Assembly (NCBI GenBank): GCA_965153355.1 | Contig: OZ231126.1 | Span: 48,856,001 to 48,920,000 of the forward strand | DNA: 64,000 nucleotides | Direction of reading: 5' to 3' | Origin: Flaccisagitta enflata | Taxonomy: Eukaryota | Part shown: in pieces, positions 9,244 to 22,251 of the stretch | Numbering within the stretch: the stretch's first letter is position 1 | Layout of the letters: every line of letters begins with the position of its first letter | The notes under the pieces: generated by a model | Seen by the model: the letters and a program-made list of their open reading frames with translations, nothing else | What the model was told of the DNA's origin: nothing | The model's database searches: none | Program-made: the position numbers and the translations under genes

Positions 9244-12200
9244 TTACCGTTGCTCCAGCTTTTCCAGCTCGTCGACATCGTCGGCGTCCAATCTGTGATG
9301 GGAGCAAAAATATGACAAGTTAGGAAACTACTGGCACTTGCAACGGTCTTTAAATGAACTTCGCATTTACGATTGTAGTATCGACCTATCTGCTCACTTA
9401 TCAATAGTCTTTCCGAAGTGCTGCCTAATTTTGTTCAGATCTTCTCTGCTTTTGGGACTGTCCACCATGTTGATAGCGAGACCCTTTTTGCCGAAACGAC
9501 CGGTCCGCCCGATTCGATGGAGATAAGTCTCAAAATCGGGTTCTTTGGTTTCGTGGACGATGGGTAAATCGAAGTTGATCACCACCGTCACCTACGGAGA
9601 AGAAAAATGAAACAGAGGGGGGGGGGGAGAGGAGAAGAGTATTAGAATTTGTGCAGATTGCGACAACACTAGAGACGGAATAACTTTTAGAGCCCACACC
9701 TACCAGACCAAACGGTACCTGATAGAGAATTAACATTTGGTATGACGAGCCTTCAACATATAGGCTGTGGTAAATAGTCAGGGCACTGTAAATTGCGGAT
9801 GGGGCCTTTTGTCATAAGTCAGATCACCGTATTTTGCTTAAGCAAGCGTCAATTTGGTTACATGAGGGCAGTATACTAGTAATACTAGATACACACGGCT
9901 ATTACTAAGTAAAACGCGCACGGCACATGAGCGCATTCGGCGCACGCGCACAGACGCGCTAGTATCGATAGCGTCACACCTGCGCGACGTCGATCCCTCT
10001 CGCAGAAACGTTGGTCGTAATGAGGATCTTTTCGTTTCCGGCTCTGAATCGGTTGATAACGGCGGCGCGCTGTTCGATCGTCAACTCCCCACTCAACATC
10101 GCCACTCGATGACCTTCCTCGCTCAGTTTACCGGCCAACCACGAAGCAGTCTTTCGCGTATGACAAAAGATGATACACTAAAGAAACGAGAAAGGAATCA
10201 GTTCTTTGGAAAAGCCGGTGATGTTTTTGTTCGGTGCCTGTTGTGTTTTTGTTGTTTTGTTGTGGTTCCGCAGTTTTTTTGTGGTTGTTTTTGTTGTCGT
10301 TGAGATTGTGTTGATAATGGCGCCTTGTTGTTGTGGTTTAGTAGTTTTATCTTGCGGTTGTTGTTAAAGTTTTGTTTTAGTTGCGAGTTTGTTCCTGCTT
10401 TGCGATTGTAGTGTTAATGTTGTTTTGGTGCAGTTTTGCGTTTTGCGTTTCGTAGATAATGTTATTCCGTCGATCAGTTTCAGTAGTTTTTTCTTTTGAC
10501 TGATGTGGGAGTTAAGCTGTTGTTGCAATTTTGTGCCATTGGTTTTTTTTTTTTTTTGTTTTTTTTTTTGTCGTGTATCTTTATTCTTCATGTTTTTGTT
10601 GGTGCAGAAACATAACCAAAGCTCTGACTGATAACTTTCTCTTCCTTCATTCATTCATTCATTTATTCACTCTCGTTTGATTGTGCATACTTGACCGATG
10701 GTGATGGTTCCATACAGATTGGCGATGGCATTGTGTTTCTGCGACAGATTTTGACACTCGATGTAGTACTGACGAATGTTGTCCAAGCTTTCCTAAAAGG
10801 GAGTAAATATTCACAAGATATCCGTGAAGGAAGAATGATTATGGTCGATCAAGGGTTTACCTAGACGTGCACTAGTTTTCCTGTAAGAGCGTTTCTCTTC
10901 TCGGCAACTGACCTCTTCACGTCGTAATCGGATAATGAGAGGATCGACGACGACTCTTTCGGCGAAATTCATGACTTGAGGCGTGTAAGTCGCACTGCAA
11001 AAGAGAACAAATTTAGTATAAATCAAGCGCCAAAAATATAGAGAGAAGTCAGGGCATATAAGCGCAAAGGGCGGCGATCCTGAGACTTTTCTTGTAATGG
11101 GCAAGGGCAGCGATAAAAACAAGTGACGCGAAGTCACAATATCGTTGCGGACGGGTGGGCAGGGGCGGCCAACCCCCATCCACACCCAACGCCCCACCCA
11201 ACCCCCCTTCCAACACAGACGCATACACAACTAGTCATCCAAGGATCGCACATGATCAGCGGTACCCGATGCCCTGCTTAGAGTGATCAAGTTAAGTAGT
11301 GGAGTGAGAGCAGGGCAGCGGCCCCAAAGGGCCGATGTCCTGTAGGACACAGGGGTGAATGTTGAGACGTCCAGAGGCGGATTTGAAGTCGGGATGGCAG
11401 AATTTAGTCCAACAGAGCAGATTAGAGGTTTTGGGGGCAGGCTTGAGGCGACGGACGGGCACGGCCAATTATAGAGATGCGAGGACGCATCTAAAAACCT
11501 GAAGAGAAGTTGCTGGCAGTTTTGTTTGTCAAGAAGTCTGTGAAGGCGAATGGATTGATCTTGATGTCCCTGGGTGTCGATCATAACGTCGGCTTCGTCC
11601 AGCACAAAAACCTAACGATGGGGTTGACACGTGATACAACGTTAACCGCTTTCAACATTGCAAACTTCAAAGGCAGCAAAAAACAACTTTAGAACGGCTC
11701 AAACAGGGACGGATTGCTGCAATGCAATGTAGTTTGGAGTGCATTCGCAGGGTCTACGAAGACTACCTTGATTTTCTTCATGTCAAAGAACTTGAATTTT
11801 TGCGCCCAATCGAGCATGGTGCCTGGAGTTCCGATAACGATCTGTTCCGTCAATTTAGTCCCGCGTGGCTGCATGTTCCCTCGCACGGCGTAAGCGATCT
11901 GAAAGACATCATTTGCGGTAACAAAAATATTTTTATTTTAGCATGGCTGGGGCATGAAGTACTTCGGATGCTGCGTTGCGACCATAACCCATCTAACCGG
12001 CCCAGTTTGACTGAATGGTCACCGCAGACATGTAACTACAAATAGTTTATAAGAAAGCATGTTAAATCCGAATTCCGAACCTTGAAATTGGGATAGTATT
12101 TTGCCATTTCTTCGACGACTTTCCCCGTCTGCAACGCCAATTCATACGTAGGCGAAAGTAAAAGCGCCTGTAAGCAAAGAGAGAGGGTCGGTTTTGACAC

Positions 12201-15200
12201 AGGAATTCCTTTCATTTTATCCGAAACAGATTTGGCCAACAATGAATGGGTGACGTTTATTGTAGACTGGTGTCACGCTAAGCCGACCGTGGACGGGATG
12301 AAATTTGTCAATTTTACATGTTTGAAAATTGAACAAAACCATATGTCATCATGTAGCTCACCTATTCTTACATATGAATCCATACTTAGATTTTCTTAAG
12401 TGAGCTCATTTTTCATGCAAATTAGGCTTAAATAGATATTGTTGGCAATTTTATTACTAGAAAATTTAGCTTAATACAATTTAGAAATCAATATGAGAGG
12501 GAAATTCTTATTGATAACATTCAAGCAAACATGTGTGATCATGTTTCTGAAATTTTTTTGAATTCTTTTAGTTTTTTAAGAAAATCTCTATAAGTACTAA
12601 TTCTGGCTGGGTGGGCTATTGGAAGAGAAAAATTTTCCCCATGCTCTTTTTTATGCCAGTGACGAGGAATCTTTAAAAGAAGCTTCAAGCAAAATTTCAA
12701 CCAGATCGGTGAATTATTTAAGAAGTTATGCCATTTTTTCATTTTTTTTTTCTGGTAGGCTGGTTGGTCTGGTTGGACTCCTCAACATTCTCTAGGTCGC
12801 ATCAGAATTTAGGCAAAGGAGTCTCTTGATCAAGATACCAACCATGCAAAATTTCATTGGGCTAACTCAAATAGTTCCTGAGATATGCAAATTTGAATTT
12901 TGAGAAATTTTACCAAATATTAAACTTAAAAGCATCGCGCATTTGTGTGAGAAGCGCTGTGTGGAAACAAAGAATTAACTACGAAGCTTGGTCGGCGAGC
13001 GTTACAATTCAATTCTTATTTTTGTAGTGATCATCTTTGGAATTTCACTGTGACCAAACAATTTGGAGTTAAGAGTTGAAATTTTAGGTGCAAGTACAGA
13101 ATTTGATTTTCTTTCCCATCATGTAGATGAATTTTTCGTCACTTATGTTACTATGCCGTGGCATAGTATGAATCATAGTGTGACACAAGTGTGACAGCTA
13201 CAACAAGGAGCACCTCTGAATTGTAACGCTCCAGGAAAATGATTATTTCTCTAGAATGAAATGGAAAAAATCCTTGAAAATCGGAGGAAAGGTCCTTCAA
13301 CTAGTCCTTAATACAATGAAAAAAGAAAAAATGCTTAATGTTTGAGTAAAGATAAGCCTAGGAAAAAAACTGTCTACCTGACTCATTTTCAGTAAAAAAT
13401 GACAGAAAAATAAAGGGGAAGAGCATCATAATTCAAATTCATTTTTTGTCATCTTACAGTTGAAATATTGAATTCCAACTTTCTACACATATCAATGGAT
13501 TGATAGTGATTGCTTACAAGCTATTGGATGACCCCATTGACATTTTTTGATTGGTTAAACTTGTGTTTTGCTTGCAGGGACAAAATCGGGACAGGCCCAA
13601 ATAGACCCTTCTACCCCTGTTTTGGACCCCATAGGGGCAGTCGGTGTGGCAAAAATTGGTTTAGTATGGCACACCAGATAGGTATGTCACCCAACCTTTG
13701 TGACCTTATGCAATTCAGCAGAAGAAGCGATGACACTTCTACAATGATGGAGAGTCAGGGTTTCTCGCGCGCATAACGAAAATCGGAATTAGCCTGTACA
13801 AGAAAGACGGAGAGAACGAGTACAAAGGGACGGTATGGATCAAACAGAAGTAAAATCCTTTCCCTCAGGCCACCAAGCTTGTCAGTTCAAAATTGCCTGT
13901 GGATACTGAAGGTTGTTGTCGACTCTGCTGAGCATAGCGACGGAGAAGGCTGCAGTCTTGCCAGTTCCTGATTGAGATTGGGCGATCATGTTGATCGGTG
14001 GATCGGCCAACAAGGAAGGGATCGCCGTCTCCTGAATCTTGGACGGATGATTAAACCCCATGGCAAAGATTCCTGCAACAAGGTACAACAAGGACAACAC
14101 TTACTAGTCGCGTGCGGTCGTTAAGACCATAAGACCAAAAGACTAAAAGACTAAAAGACTATAAGACCAAAAGACCAAAAGACTAAAAGACTAAAAGACT
14201 AAAAGACTAAAAGACTAAAAGACTAAAAGACTAAAAGACTAAAAGACCAAATGTAAATTGACTTAAAATAACTGAAAATGACTTTAAATGACTTAAAATG
14301 ACTTAGAATTACGTAAAACGGCGAAAAAAAGCTAAGGGTTACCGACAGACGGACCGACCAACCGACCGACAGACGGACAGAGTGGGTTGTAGAGTCGCGT
14401 GCACGCGACTAAAAAGCTTCAAAATTACAGTCCCCGACTGGGGACTGCAATTTTTGAAGCTTTCTCGTTGCGTAAACGCAACTCGAGAAGATACACTACA
14501 AGACAGCAATTTCAAGAAAAAAAGAAAAAAATAACAAATATTGTTTAAATGATGACAAAACTTGATAATGATAAAAATAGTGGATGACGATGATGACAAC
14601 AACGAATGATAATGACAACAGAAATCTAAGAAAAAAATGTTTAAAAAATTTTTCAAAAAAAAAAAAAGAAATAAAAAAAATTTTTCAAAAAAAAAAAAAA
14701 ATTTTCAAAAAAATTTAAAAAAAAAAATTCAAAAAAATAATTTAAAAAAAAAAGTTTAAAAAAAAAATTTTTCGAAAAATTTTCAAAAATTTTTTTAAAA
14801 AATTTCAAAAAAAAAATTCAAAAAAAAAAAAAAAATCAAAAAATTTTTCCAAAAAATTTTTTTCAAAAAATTTTCAAAAGATTTCCAAAAATTTTTAAAA
14901 AATTTTCAAAAAAAAATTTTCAAAAAAATTTAGTAATTGAAGATGATTACAGTAATGGATGATCATAACAGTAGGTGAGGATGATGACAGTAGATGAAGA
15001 TGATGACAGTAAATAAAGATGATGACAGTGGTTAAAGATGATGACAGTGGTTGAAGATGATGACAGTGGTTGAAGATGATGACAGTGGTTGAAGATGATG
15101 ACAGTGGTTGAAGATGATGACAGTGGTTGAAGATGATGACAGTGGTTGAAGATGATGACAGTGGTTGAAGATGATGACAGTAGTTGAAGATGATGACAGT

Positions 15201-17191
15201 GGTTGAAGATGATGACAGTAGTTGAAGATGATGACAGTAGTTGAAGATGATGACAGTAGTTGAAGATGAATCTTGAAATCCATAATGGCAAACCTAAAGA
15301 AAAATCAGAATGTAATAAATGAGCAAGTAAAAGAATTCATCAACTCCAATCCTCGCCTAAGTCCTAGTAACATATTACTACATTAATAAGCTAATATCTT
15401 ATAAACCAGACTTTAGATTTAATTCGAATTTTGCAGGGGCAGTTCAATTAATATCCTTTACTTGTATACCAAATCAGAAAAAAAATTACATTCCTTTACT
15501 ACCCTTTGCCTATGTAAATTGCCAAAGTCCTAGCAACATACTACTACATTAATAAGTTAATATCCCATAAACCAGACTTCAGATTTAATTCGAATTTTGC
15601 AGGGGTTGTTTACTGCTTGTATACTAAATCAAAAAAATTCATAAACCTTTACTACCCTCTACCTATGTAAACCAACTAAGTCCCAGCTAAATATTACTAC
15701 AAAAATAATAGGCAAAGGGTAGTAAAAGTTTATGAATTTTTTTGAAAATTGGTACACAAGCTCCCATTGACATAATAATAACACTGGTAAAATTTCATGA
15801 ACTCCTGAAGTCTGGATCAAAAGATATGAGAAGGTTCTAGACAGACAGACAGACAGACAGACTAGCACAAACAGGCGATCTCGTAGTCCACCGACGATAA
15901 CTGTTCGTCGGGGACAAAAATATTGAGTTCAACGCCTGTTGTTAATACAGAAATAAACGAACGACACTATGCAAAGTAACTTTGAGAAAAAGCGGGTCTG
16001 ACCTTTGAGGATCTCCGGTTTGAGGTGCATTTCTTCAAAAGTTCTGACGGAGTATAGAGGGGAATTGGGATCTCTACGCTGGACTTCGATGGTGTCGTTT
16101 TTCAACTCGTATAGTTCCGTTTGAACCTTTTTGTTGAGCAACGACATCGCCGCCGCATCCGGCGCCTTTTCAGGAACGGCAGCGTCTCCGTCGTCCCAAT
16201 CATCTGGAGGAAGAAAGATTTAGTTTATGTCCAGTATGTCAATCGATCTATGTAGTTGGATTTAGCAAAAAAAAACAAACAAAATAAAACAAAGTAAGGG
16301 ATTAACGATGAAAAATGAAAAAATACATTCTGCAACTGCATCAGTTTCCCGACATGGTCAGACAGCAAAACAATCCGAAGGAAAGATCGAATCACTAGAT
16401 TCAGTAAAATTTCTTGAATCACCGATCGATGAAAAGTGCTCAAGTACAAAGTTACTCGCAGCGGGGATGACTCATTCTCGCCAGAAGGGCATAATGGCCG
16501 ATTTGATGGCAAAATAAGCTAAAATAAACTAACGCCAACAAATCAAGTGAAAATATACGAACCGGCCGGAGGTGCTGGAGCGGCGGGCGCCGCTGGAGCG
16601 GCAGGTACTGCGGGGGCTGGTGGGGTGGGCGAAGAGGATCCATTGGTGGTCGTAGGAAGATTCGAGGTCGTCTTGTTCGCGAGATTTAAGTTTTTCACTT
16701 GAGCACTGGAAAAGAAAAAAAAGTCAAGATTAGAAATTTAAGATCGATCGTTAAGTTAAATGCTAGGTCAAACGATCGAGAAATCGAACATGATGCCATG
16801 ATCTTTAACGGGTCTAATGATTAAAACGATTGACTGGTCATCACGCAGTTCTTCCTCAGTCCCACACAGATTTAATTGCGCGAAATGCGGGTTCATCAAC
16901 TGCAGATTTAGTAAAATCAGAGTCTACAAAGTCTACAGAGTTTTTGAACTAGGTTGCAAAAGGATGCTGCTGATTGCGGTATGAAAAATCATTCAACCAG
17001 GGGTCAATACCTGATTTCTGACGCCGATATCTCCTGCAAGAGTCTATAGACTATTGAGTCTACTGATTTTTTGACCGATTGCAAATGGACACTAAAGTGA
17101 GTATGAAAAATCATTCTAGGGGCCAATACCTGATTTCTGAGGCCGATATCTCTTGCGAATCTACGGCCTTTGCCCAATCGTCGTCCGCCAT
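9244..17191 (-). CDS. DDX19: DEAD-box mRNA-export helicase DDX19/Dbp5, 512 aa, 12 exons
   Basis: Exons 17191-17130, 16705-16563, 16203-16003, 14072-13897, 12167-12081, 11898-11767, 11611-11499, 10994-10913, 10792-10691, 10177-9980, 9591-9398 and 9292-9244 (1539 nt, in frame). Motifs: [76 protein letters not shown]. Confidence 0.95.
11057..11497 (-). mobile_element. Composite of nested HINE-like pieces filling DDX19 intron 7
   Basis: A HINE 5' hairpin TTTTTAGATGCGTCCTCGCATCTCTATA at 11497-11470, a family A piece at 11440-11231, and a family B 3' end at 11230-11057. Confidence 0.7.
12262..13800. mobile_element. ~1.5-kb AT-rich interspersed repeat, probable non-autonomous DNA transposon; second copy at ~27230-28900
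   Basis: Shared collinear blocks: AGAAGTTATGCC..GGTAGGCTGGTTGG (12721-12778 vs 27844-27900), AACAAAGAATTAACTACGAAG (12966 vs 28067) and TTGCTTG..GGACAAAATC.GGACA (13569 vs 28669). Termini are not resolved. Confidence 0.65.
14087..14415 (-). mobile_element. HINE-like family B copy with an internal (AAAAGACT)n array
   Basis: 5' TTTTTAGTCGCGTGCACGCGACTCTACAACCC, a GTCY microsatellite, a 3' subterminal CACGCGACT and a CTTGTT end. Related copies at 27029-27215, 29162-29292, 31780-31925, 36006-36430, 37802-37930, 40537-40740, 49463-49672 and 58780-59099. Confidence 0.8.
14416..15920 (-). mobile_element. DINE-1/HINE-like element (family C) with central tandem repeats
   Basis: 5' TTTTTGTCCCCGACGAACAGTTATCGTCGGTGGAC hairpin followed by (GTCT)n, and a 3' inverted copy GTCGGGGAC. 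Contains ~166-bp repeats (15359, 15525), a 19-bp array and an A/T-only tract at 14630-14930. Confidence 0.75.
14935..15270. repeat. 19-bp minisatellite (GATGATGACAGTGGTTGAA)n
   Basis: Read directly; it explains the repetitive [19 protein letters not shown] ORFs. Confidence 0.93.
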
Positions 17192-17497
17192 TCTATTGAA
17201 CCGTTTTTACTGCAATAGTGTTTATCTGTTGATGATATGGTCTCTTAGTTGTGGACTAATGTTTTCAGGATCTTCTGACGAAACAAATACCTACACAGAC
17301 GGGTCGTGAACAGGTAATTGAAATGAGGAGTGAATAAAATAAAAAAGCTAGAACTAAAAACTTTGGGTCAACAATACTCATAAGCGAAACGGCTAAAATC
17401 TTTGTTATTGAATAATCCACAGTTTTACACAACGAGAATCCATAAAAAAACTGATAATATAGTCAACGGATTTGAACCAGATCAGGAAGAGAAACCA

Positions 17498-20400
17498 TTA
17501 GAACAAAACTCTCTGAGCCTCCCTCCACAATTCCTTGGGGACGTCTCCAAAATCGATGCATTTGCCGCCGCAATAACCACCACCAGCACCATCTCCTCCT
17601 CCTCCTTTAACACGCAAAAGCGCCTTGACTTGAGACTCGGCAATCCACTCGTCGCGGGCGAACCGCGGTGTCCAGCGGACGAGGAATTCGCGTTCCGGGA
17701 CGCCGGTCCGAAGACGCGATCCCAGAAAGCAACCGATGGAAACGAAGAAATGACGCTTGTGAGGACAGCGACTAAGGGCGACGGACATGGCGGAGGAAGA
17801 AAAGTTGTATGCGAGAGGCGGAAATGTGGACGACGGCAACTGCGGTAGAGGAAGTGGAAAAAACGACGCCGGAGGAAATGAAGGAGCAGCTGAAGTGACA
17901 GAAGAATTACGAACAGGAAGGTGATGAGACGTCGACCGGAAAAGTGAGGTCATCCAATCGGATCCTAGAAAAAGTAAAAAAATAAAAATGTGCAAAATGG
18001 GGGGGTCGGTAACAACGAACTTTGGAAATGCCAGTTGGACATATGACCGAAGTGTGCACAAAAACGGTTTATAAACATATGTGATAGGAAAAAGGAGTCA
18101 CACCATATCATTTACAGTCGTGCCACACCCCTTATTTACATTGTAATGAATAGGGAGAAGGAAGAGGAAGAGGGAGCTCCTATACTTCCACTATGGGAAA
18201 GGTAGGGTTGGCACGACTATAAATGATAAAATCTCATGAACTTTTCCTTCTAGTTCTCAGGTTGTTTTGTGATTGTGCATGGTCTGGTGATATGTCCGAT
18301 TGGCATTTCCAAAGTAGGTTGATACCGACCTCCCCAGTGCAAAATAGCTCGACGGCTCCGCGAACGCCACAGCCAACTCGGTAATCAACCGGAAACCAAC
18401 CAGAGGAGCACTCGTCACACATTTCAAACGCTAGCATGTCACTTTTGGTCTAGTAGTTAAGGAATTCCTTAACTACTAAACCAAAAGTCTTCAAATTTTC
18501 AATGTATGTTGGTAATAAGTGAGTTTTTTTATGTAAAACTTGACGGGTTGAAGTCAGCAAAAAATTGAAAGAATTGCTATTTTGGGGGCCAAAACAATTT
18601 ATTTGCAATATTTCTTTTAAGAAACTGTCTTTATTTGCTTGAAATCTCTAAAAAAATTGAGCTAGCACCTTGAGGTTGGTGTCAAATGATAGATATTTCT
18701 ATCATAGATTGTGTCTTGATGCCAAACTGGAAAAATTGGGACTCTCAACAAAGTTTCAGTGGATTTGAGTCAGTCATTCTCTCAATTTGGAACATCAATC
18801 ATGAAAAATTCAATTCAGTTAAACTTTAATGCTAAAAATCATAAAATTTTTTAGCGGAACTATAATCTACAACTAGTTTTCTTTGATTTGAGACCAATCC
18901 CAGGGTGCTAGCTCAATTTGTTTGGAAACAACAAGCAAATAAAGAAAGTCGGTTGTAGAACACTTTGCACAAAATTTGATTAGGCCCTCAACATGGTAAT
19001 TCTTTTAATGGTCTGCTGACTTCAACCAATCAAATCACTGACACTAAGGTTTTGCATGACAAAACTGTCACTTATTACCATTACACTTTTTTTTTTTTAT
19101 AAGAACCAAGTTTATAAGAACGTTAGGCTTCAAATCGTCAAAAATTTAAGAACATTGCTAAGAACCTAAGAAGGCTTCATTCTTCAAAAATTTAAGAACA
19201 TAAGGCTTAAAACCTTAAAAATTTAAAAACATTTTTTTTCGGGGCTTTTTTTCAATCAATAGTTCTTTGTAAATGGACAGACTCTGTATCTTTTCTGTAT
19301 AACAAATCACGTTTTTCTTTGTATAGCATATATTTTTCTACTTTTATTGATCTTGATTCATTCAAAATGTTTAAATCTGCTAGTTTGTTGTTTCATTGAC
19401 ATTTTCTTTCATTTTCTCCTTAATGACAAACTTAAGATTAATTAAGAACGTTCTTAATTGAAGGTTAAACTGTGTTTTTAAATTAAGAACAATTTAAGAA
19501 CGTTCAAGCCTTGAAACTGCTCAAAATTAAAGAACATTGAAGGCTTGCCCAAAAAATGACGTTCTTATAAAAAAAAAAAAGTGTATACATTGTAAATTTG
19601 AAGTAAATTTGGTTTAGTAGTTTAGGATTTATAAAGGTTTACAATAACGCACTTCGATCCAAAGACGGTGTACCAGTGAGCTTGTCTGCGTCATTATCGC
19701 CCCAGCGCCAATCGATAGCTGAGATTGTGGAGGCGCTGTCGCTCCCTTCGCAATCCTGAGACTTTCGATTCCCGACTTGGTCAGTGAGCATTTTTCTTTT
19801 GCCAAGCTTTTTCGCCAGTCCCAATTCTTTCTTCTTCGGTCTAGCCTCGCTGATGATGACCGATTGCTGCTTGGCCGCTTTCACACGTTGTTCTGAATAC
19901 TTAACACCACATTCTAGTTCTTTCCGCTCATCGCCGTTGACCGACATTTCCGTCATCGCTTTTTTCGTATCGTACTTCTTATTCATCGCGTTACCAGTCT
20001 TCTTTGCTTTTTTGAGCCCCTCGCTCTTCACATCTTTGACATTTTTCAAAATCTTACCATTTTTCTGCTCAAGTCCTTTCGAATTCTTTTTGGATGGCGT
20101 AGCGGCTTCAACCACCGGACGGTATAATCCGTTTTTGCCTCCGTCGGCTGAATTGCTTGCTTTGGCGCCAGACGCTTTCTTCCCCTTCTTTTTATTCTCT
20201 TTGTGATCTGATTTTCCGACTTTTCCGGTTTTGATAACAGTGGCCGTACGTTTGATTTCGACGTCATCTGCAGTGACGAGTGTAGGTTTCGCATTTTCGC
20301 CAGTTTTGACTTTTACTTTTTTATCGTGGAACGCCACTTGAAAGAAAGCATCGCGAGGTCCGTCACTCACTGAATGGCGAGGCGCTGAATTGTTGACGGA

Positions 20401-22251
20401 GGGGGAAGGGCCCTCGCTCGCGGTCTTGGTTCTTTTCGCTAACTTGACACTTTCACTGGGGTTTATCAAAGGGAAGGACATCGAACGTCGAGGTCCATCA
20501 AGATTTGGTTCAGCTTCTCCACTCTTCGCCGCAACATCTGTCAATTTCGGTTTTCCCGCGCCTTTCTCTTCGTCGTCGGATCTTTCTTCTTGCGCTTCTT
20601 CGTCGCTTTCATCGCTTTCTTCATCCCCCAACCCGCCCCAAGTGGACGTGTCAAGCATGCGTTTGAGAAGAACGTTGCCATATTTCTTTTTACCTTTAGT
20701 CTTTTCAGAGACACCTTTGACTTGGTTATCCATAGCTCCACAATCATCATCGATAACGACAACGTCTGTGCCGCATTTGAGATTGATGACCTCTTGACGC
20801 GTACCATTGCTCAACGCGTATTCATCACCTCTGACCGAACTACCATCAAATTTCCCAGTGTCTCCAACGTTAATTGATTTTGGTGGCTTCATGGAAGAGG
20901 ATGCGATCCGCATGTCGTCGTCATCAGCGAGAAACGTCGCATCGCAGTCCACCAGAGAGGGTATGGATGAAGCGACTATTTCGATGCCAAAGTCTGCAGT
21001 CCCGCTTTCGGTGTTACAGTCAACTCCACCCGTTTCTTCATTTGCGTCACTTTCCTTTACCCATTGTCCATTTCTTCTTATTTTCCTCGCAAAATGATTT
21101 TCTCCTCCCTTCCTTTGGATATGCTCAACTTGACCGCTTGGGCGTTTGATCGGCGTCAATCTTCCGCAAGAGATTTTCCGGTCTCTCTCAGTAGCGTCGA
21201 CGCGCTTTTTCTTGTCGTGATTATCGACCAGCATTTCGACCACGCCTTTGTTAGCCGATTCTACGCCGTCCTGCCAACCAACGCCACTTCCGGATTCATA
21301 GGACGCGCTTCGACTTCCATTCTTCGCCGATTCGTCACAGCGAGACGCGCGTCCACGTGTTCCCACAGAATTTTCCTTCTCTTCCTCAGCGTGTCGATCA
21401 TGAATCGCTTCCACCTCGTCATCCGACGAAGTTAAGACAACCAAATCCGTCCCATTGATTTCACGCTGGGAATCGAGGAACGACTCCAACTCGTCGCTCG
21501 ACTCGCCAGATGAGACAGCAGCGCGGCCGTTGTGAACAGGAGCCCTTTCTCGACTACGTCTCGTCTCGGCAACGTCGACCTTTTCTAGAGCTCGGCCCCG
21601 CGCCAAAACTGTCGGCTCTTCGTGTTGCGTCGGTGTAGAGGCGGGCTTTCCATGCTTTCTGTTGCCCAACGAAGTGCATGCCGAGACGTCATGGTTGACG
21701 CTCGATCTAACTGACATCTTTTCATCGAGCTCTGTAGCGCTGTTGGTGGATTTAAGCATCATCTTCCTATCGCCGACCGACGCAACATACCAGCTCTTAT
21801 TCAGCGACTCCTCGGTAATCGCTTGTTTGGATGTATCTTTCCCGTTATTGACTTTCGCTGCAGTTGCAGCCTTCACGATCCCTCCGGTGTGATATTTTGT
21901 CGACTCGAGTATCGTCGATTTTTTTGCTCCGACGTGGGCATTGAAGGATTTGGCGCTTTCCTCTCGAGAATTGGTCGTAAGCGCGCATTCGTCGGTCATG
22001 ACAAAGCTACGCTCCGAAGTTGGCATCTCCACGGGATCAGACGCTGGTCGCATAGAGGCAAAGTTCCACGATCCAGATGTGCAAGACAAGACCCCTTTGT
22101 ATTTCTTCCTCCGACGATCGATTTTGACGACATTGGATTTGGACGTCGACGATGATGATGCCTGAGATGAGGTCACGATCGGTTTGGAAGCTGAAGAACA
22201 GCGACGAGAAGTGTTCGCGTCACGGGATGGAGAATTGTCCTTCGAGGCCAT
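17498..22251 (-). CDS. Uncharacterised ~1014-aa Ser/Lys/Glu-rich, probably disordered nuclear protein with a C-terminal chromo-like domain, 2 coding exons
   Basis: A 2578-nt open exon 22251-19674 (first ATG after an in-frame TGA) joins exon 17964-17498 in phase 1 (CTG|GTACAC...TTCTAG|GA). There is a strong upstream acceptor TTTTTTTCAG at 22390. The C-terminus FFVSIGCFLGSRLRTGVPEREFLVRWTPRFARDEWIAESQV resembles the chromodomain pattern. Confidence 0.8.
18106..18228. mobile_element. Small inverted-repeat element (~120 bp)
   Basis: TATCATTTACAGTCGTGCCA ... TGGCACGACTATAAATGATA. Confidence 0.6.
18463..19630. mobile_element. Foldback element interrupted by a nested MITE
   Basis: AATTCCTTAACTACTAAACCAAA..CTTCAAAT..CAATGTAT pairs with ATACATTG..ATTTGAAG..TTTGGTTTAGTAGTTTTAGGATTT; the inner arms are 18511-18680 and 18900-19082. 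Confidence 0.7.
19084..19583. mobile_element. 500-bp MITE with TA duplication; degraded relative at ~52580-52960
   Basis: TA|CACTTTTTTTTTTTTTATAAGAAC ... GTTCTTATAAAAAAAAAAAAGTG|TA, with many internal TTAAGAAC repeats. Confidence 0.8.

Noticed and set aside
12262-13800. Autonomous transposon or transposase
   Set aside because: I recognised no transposase, Rep/helicase or reverse-transcriptase motifs here or elsewhere in the window; all elements appear non-autonomous.
14947-15291. His/Cys-rich repeat protein (NHCHHL)
   Set aside because: Product of a 19-bp minisatellite within a HINE-like element.
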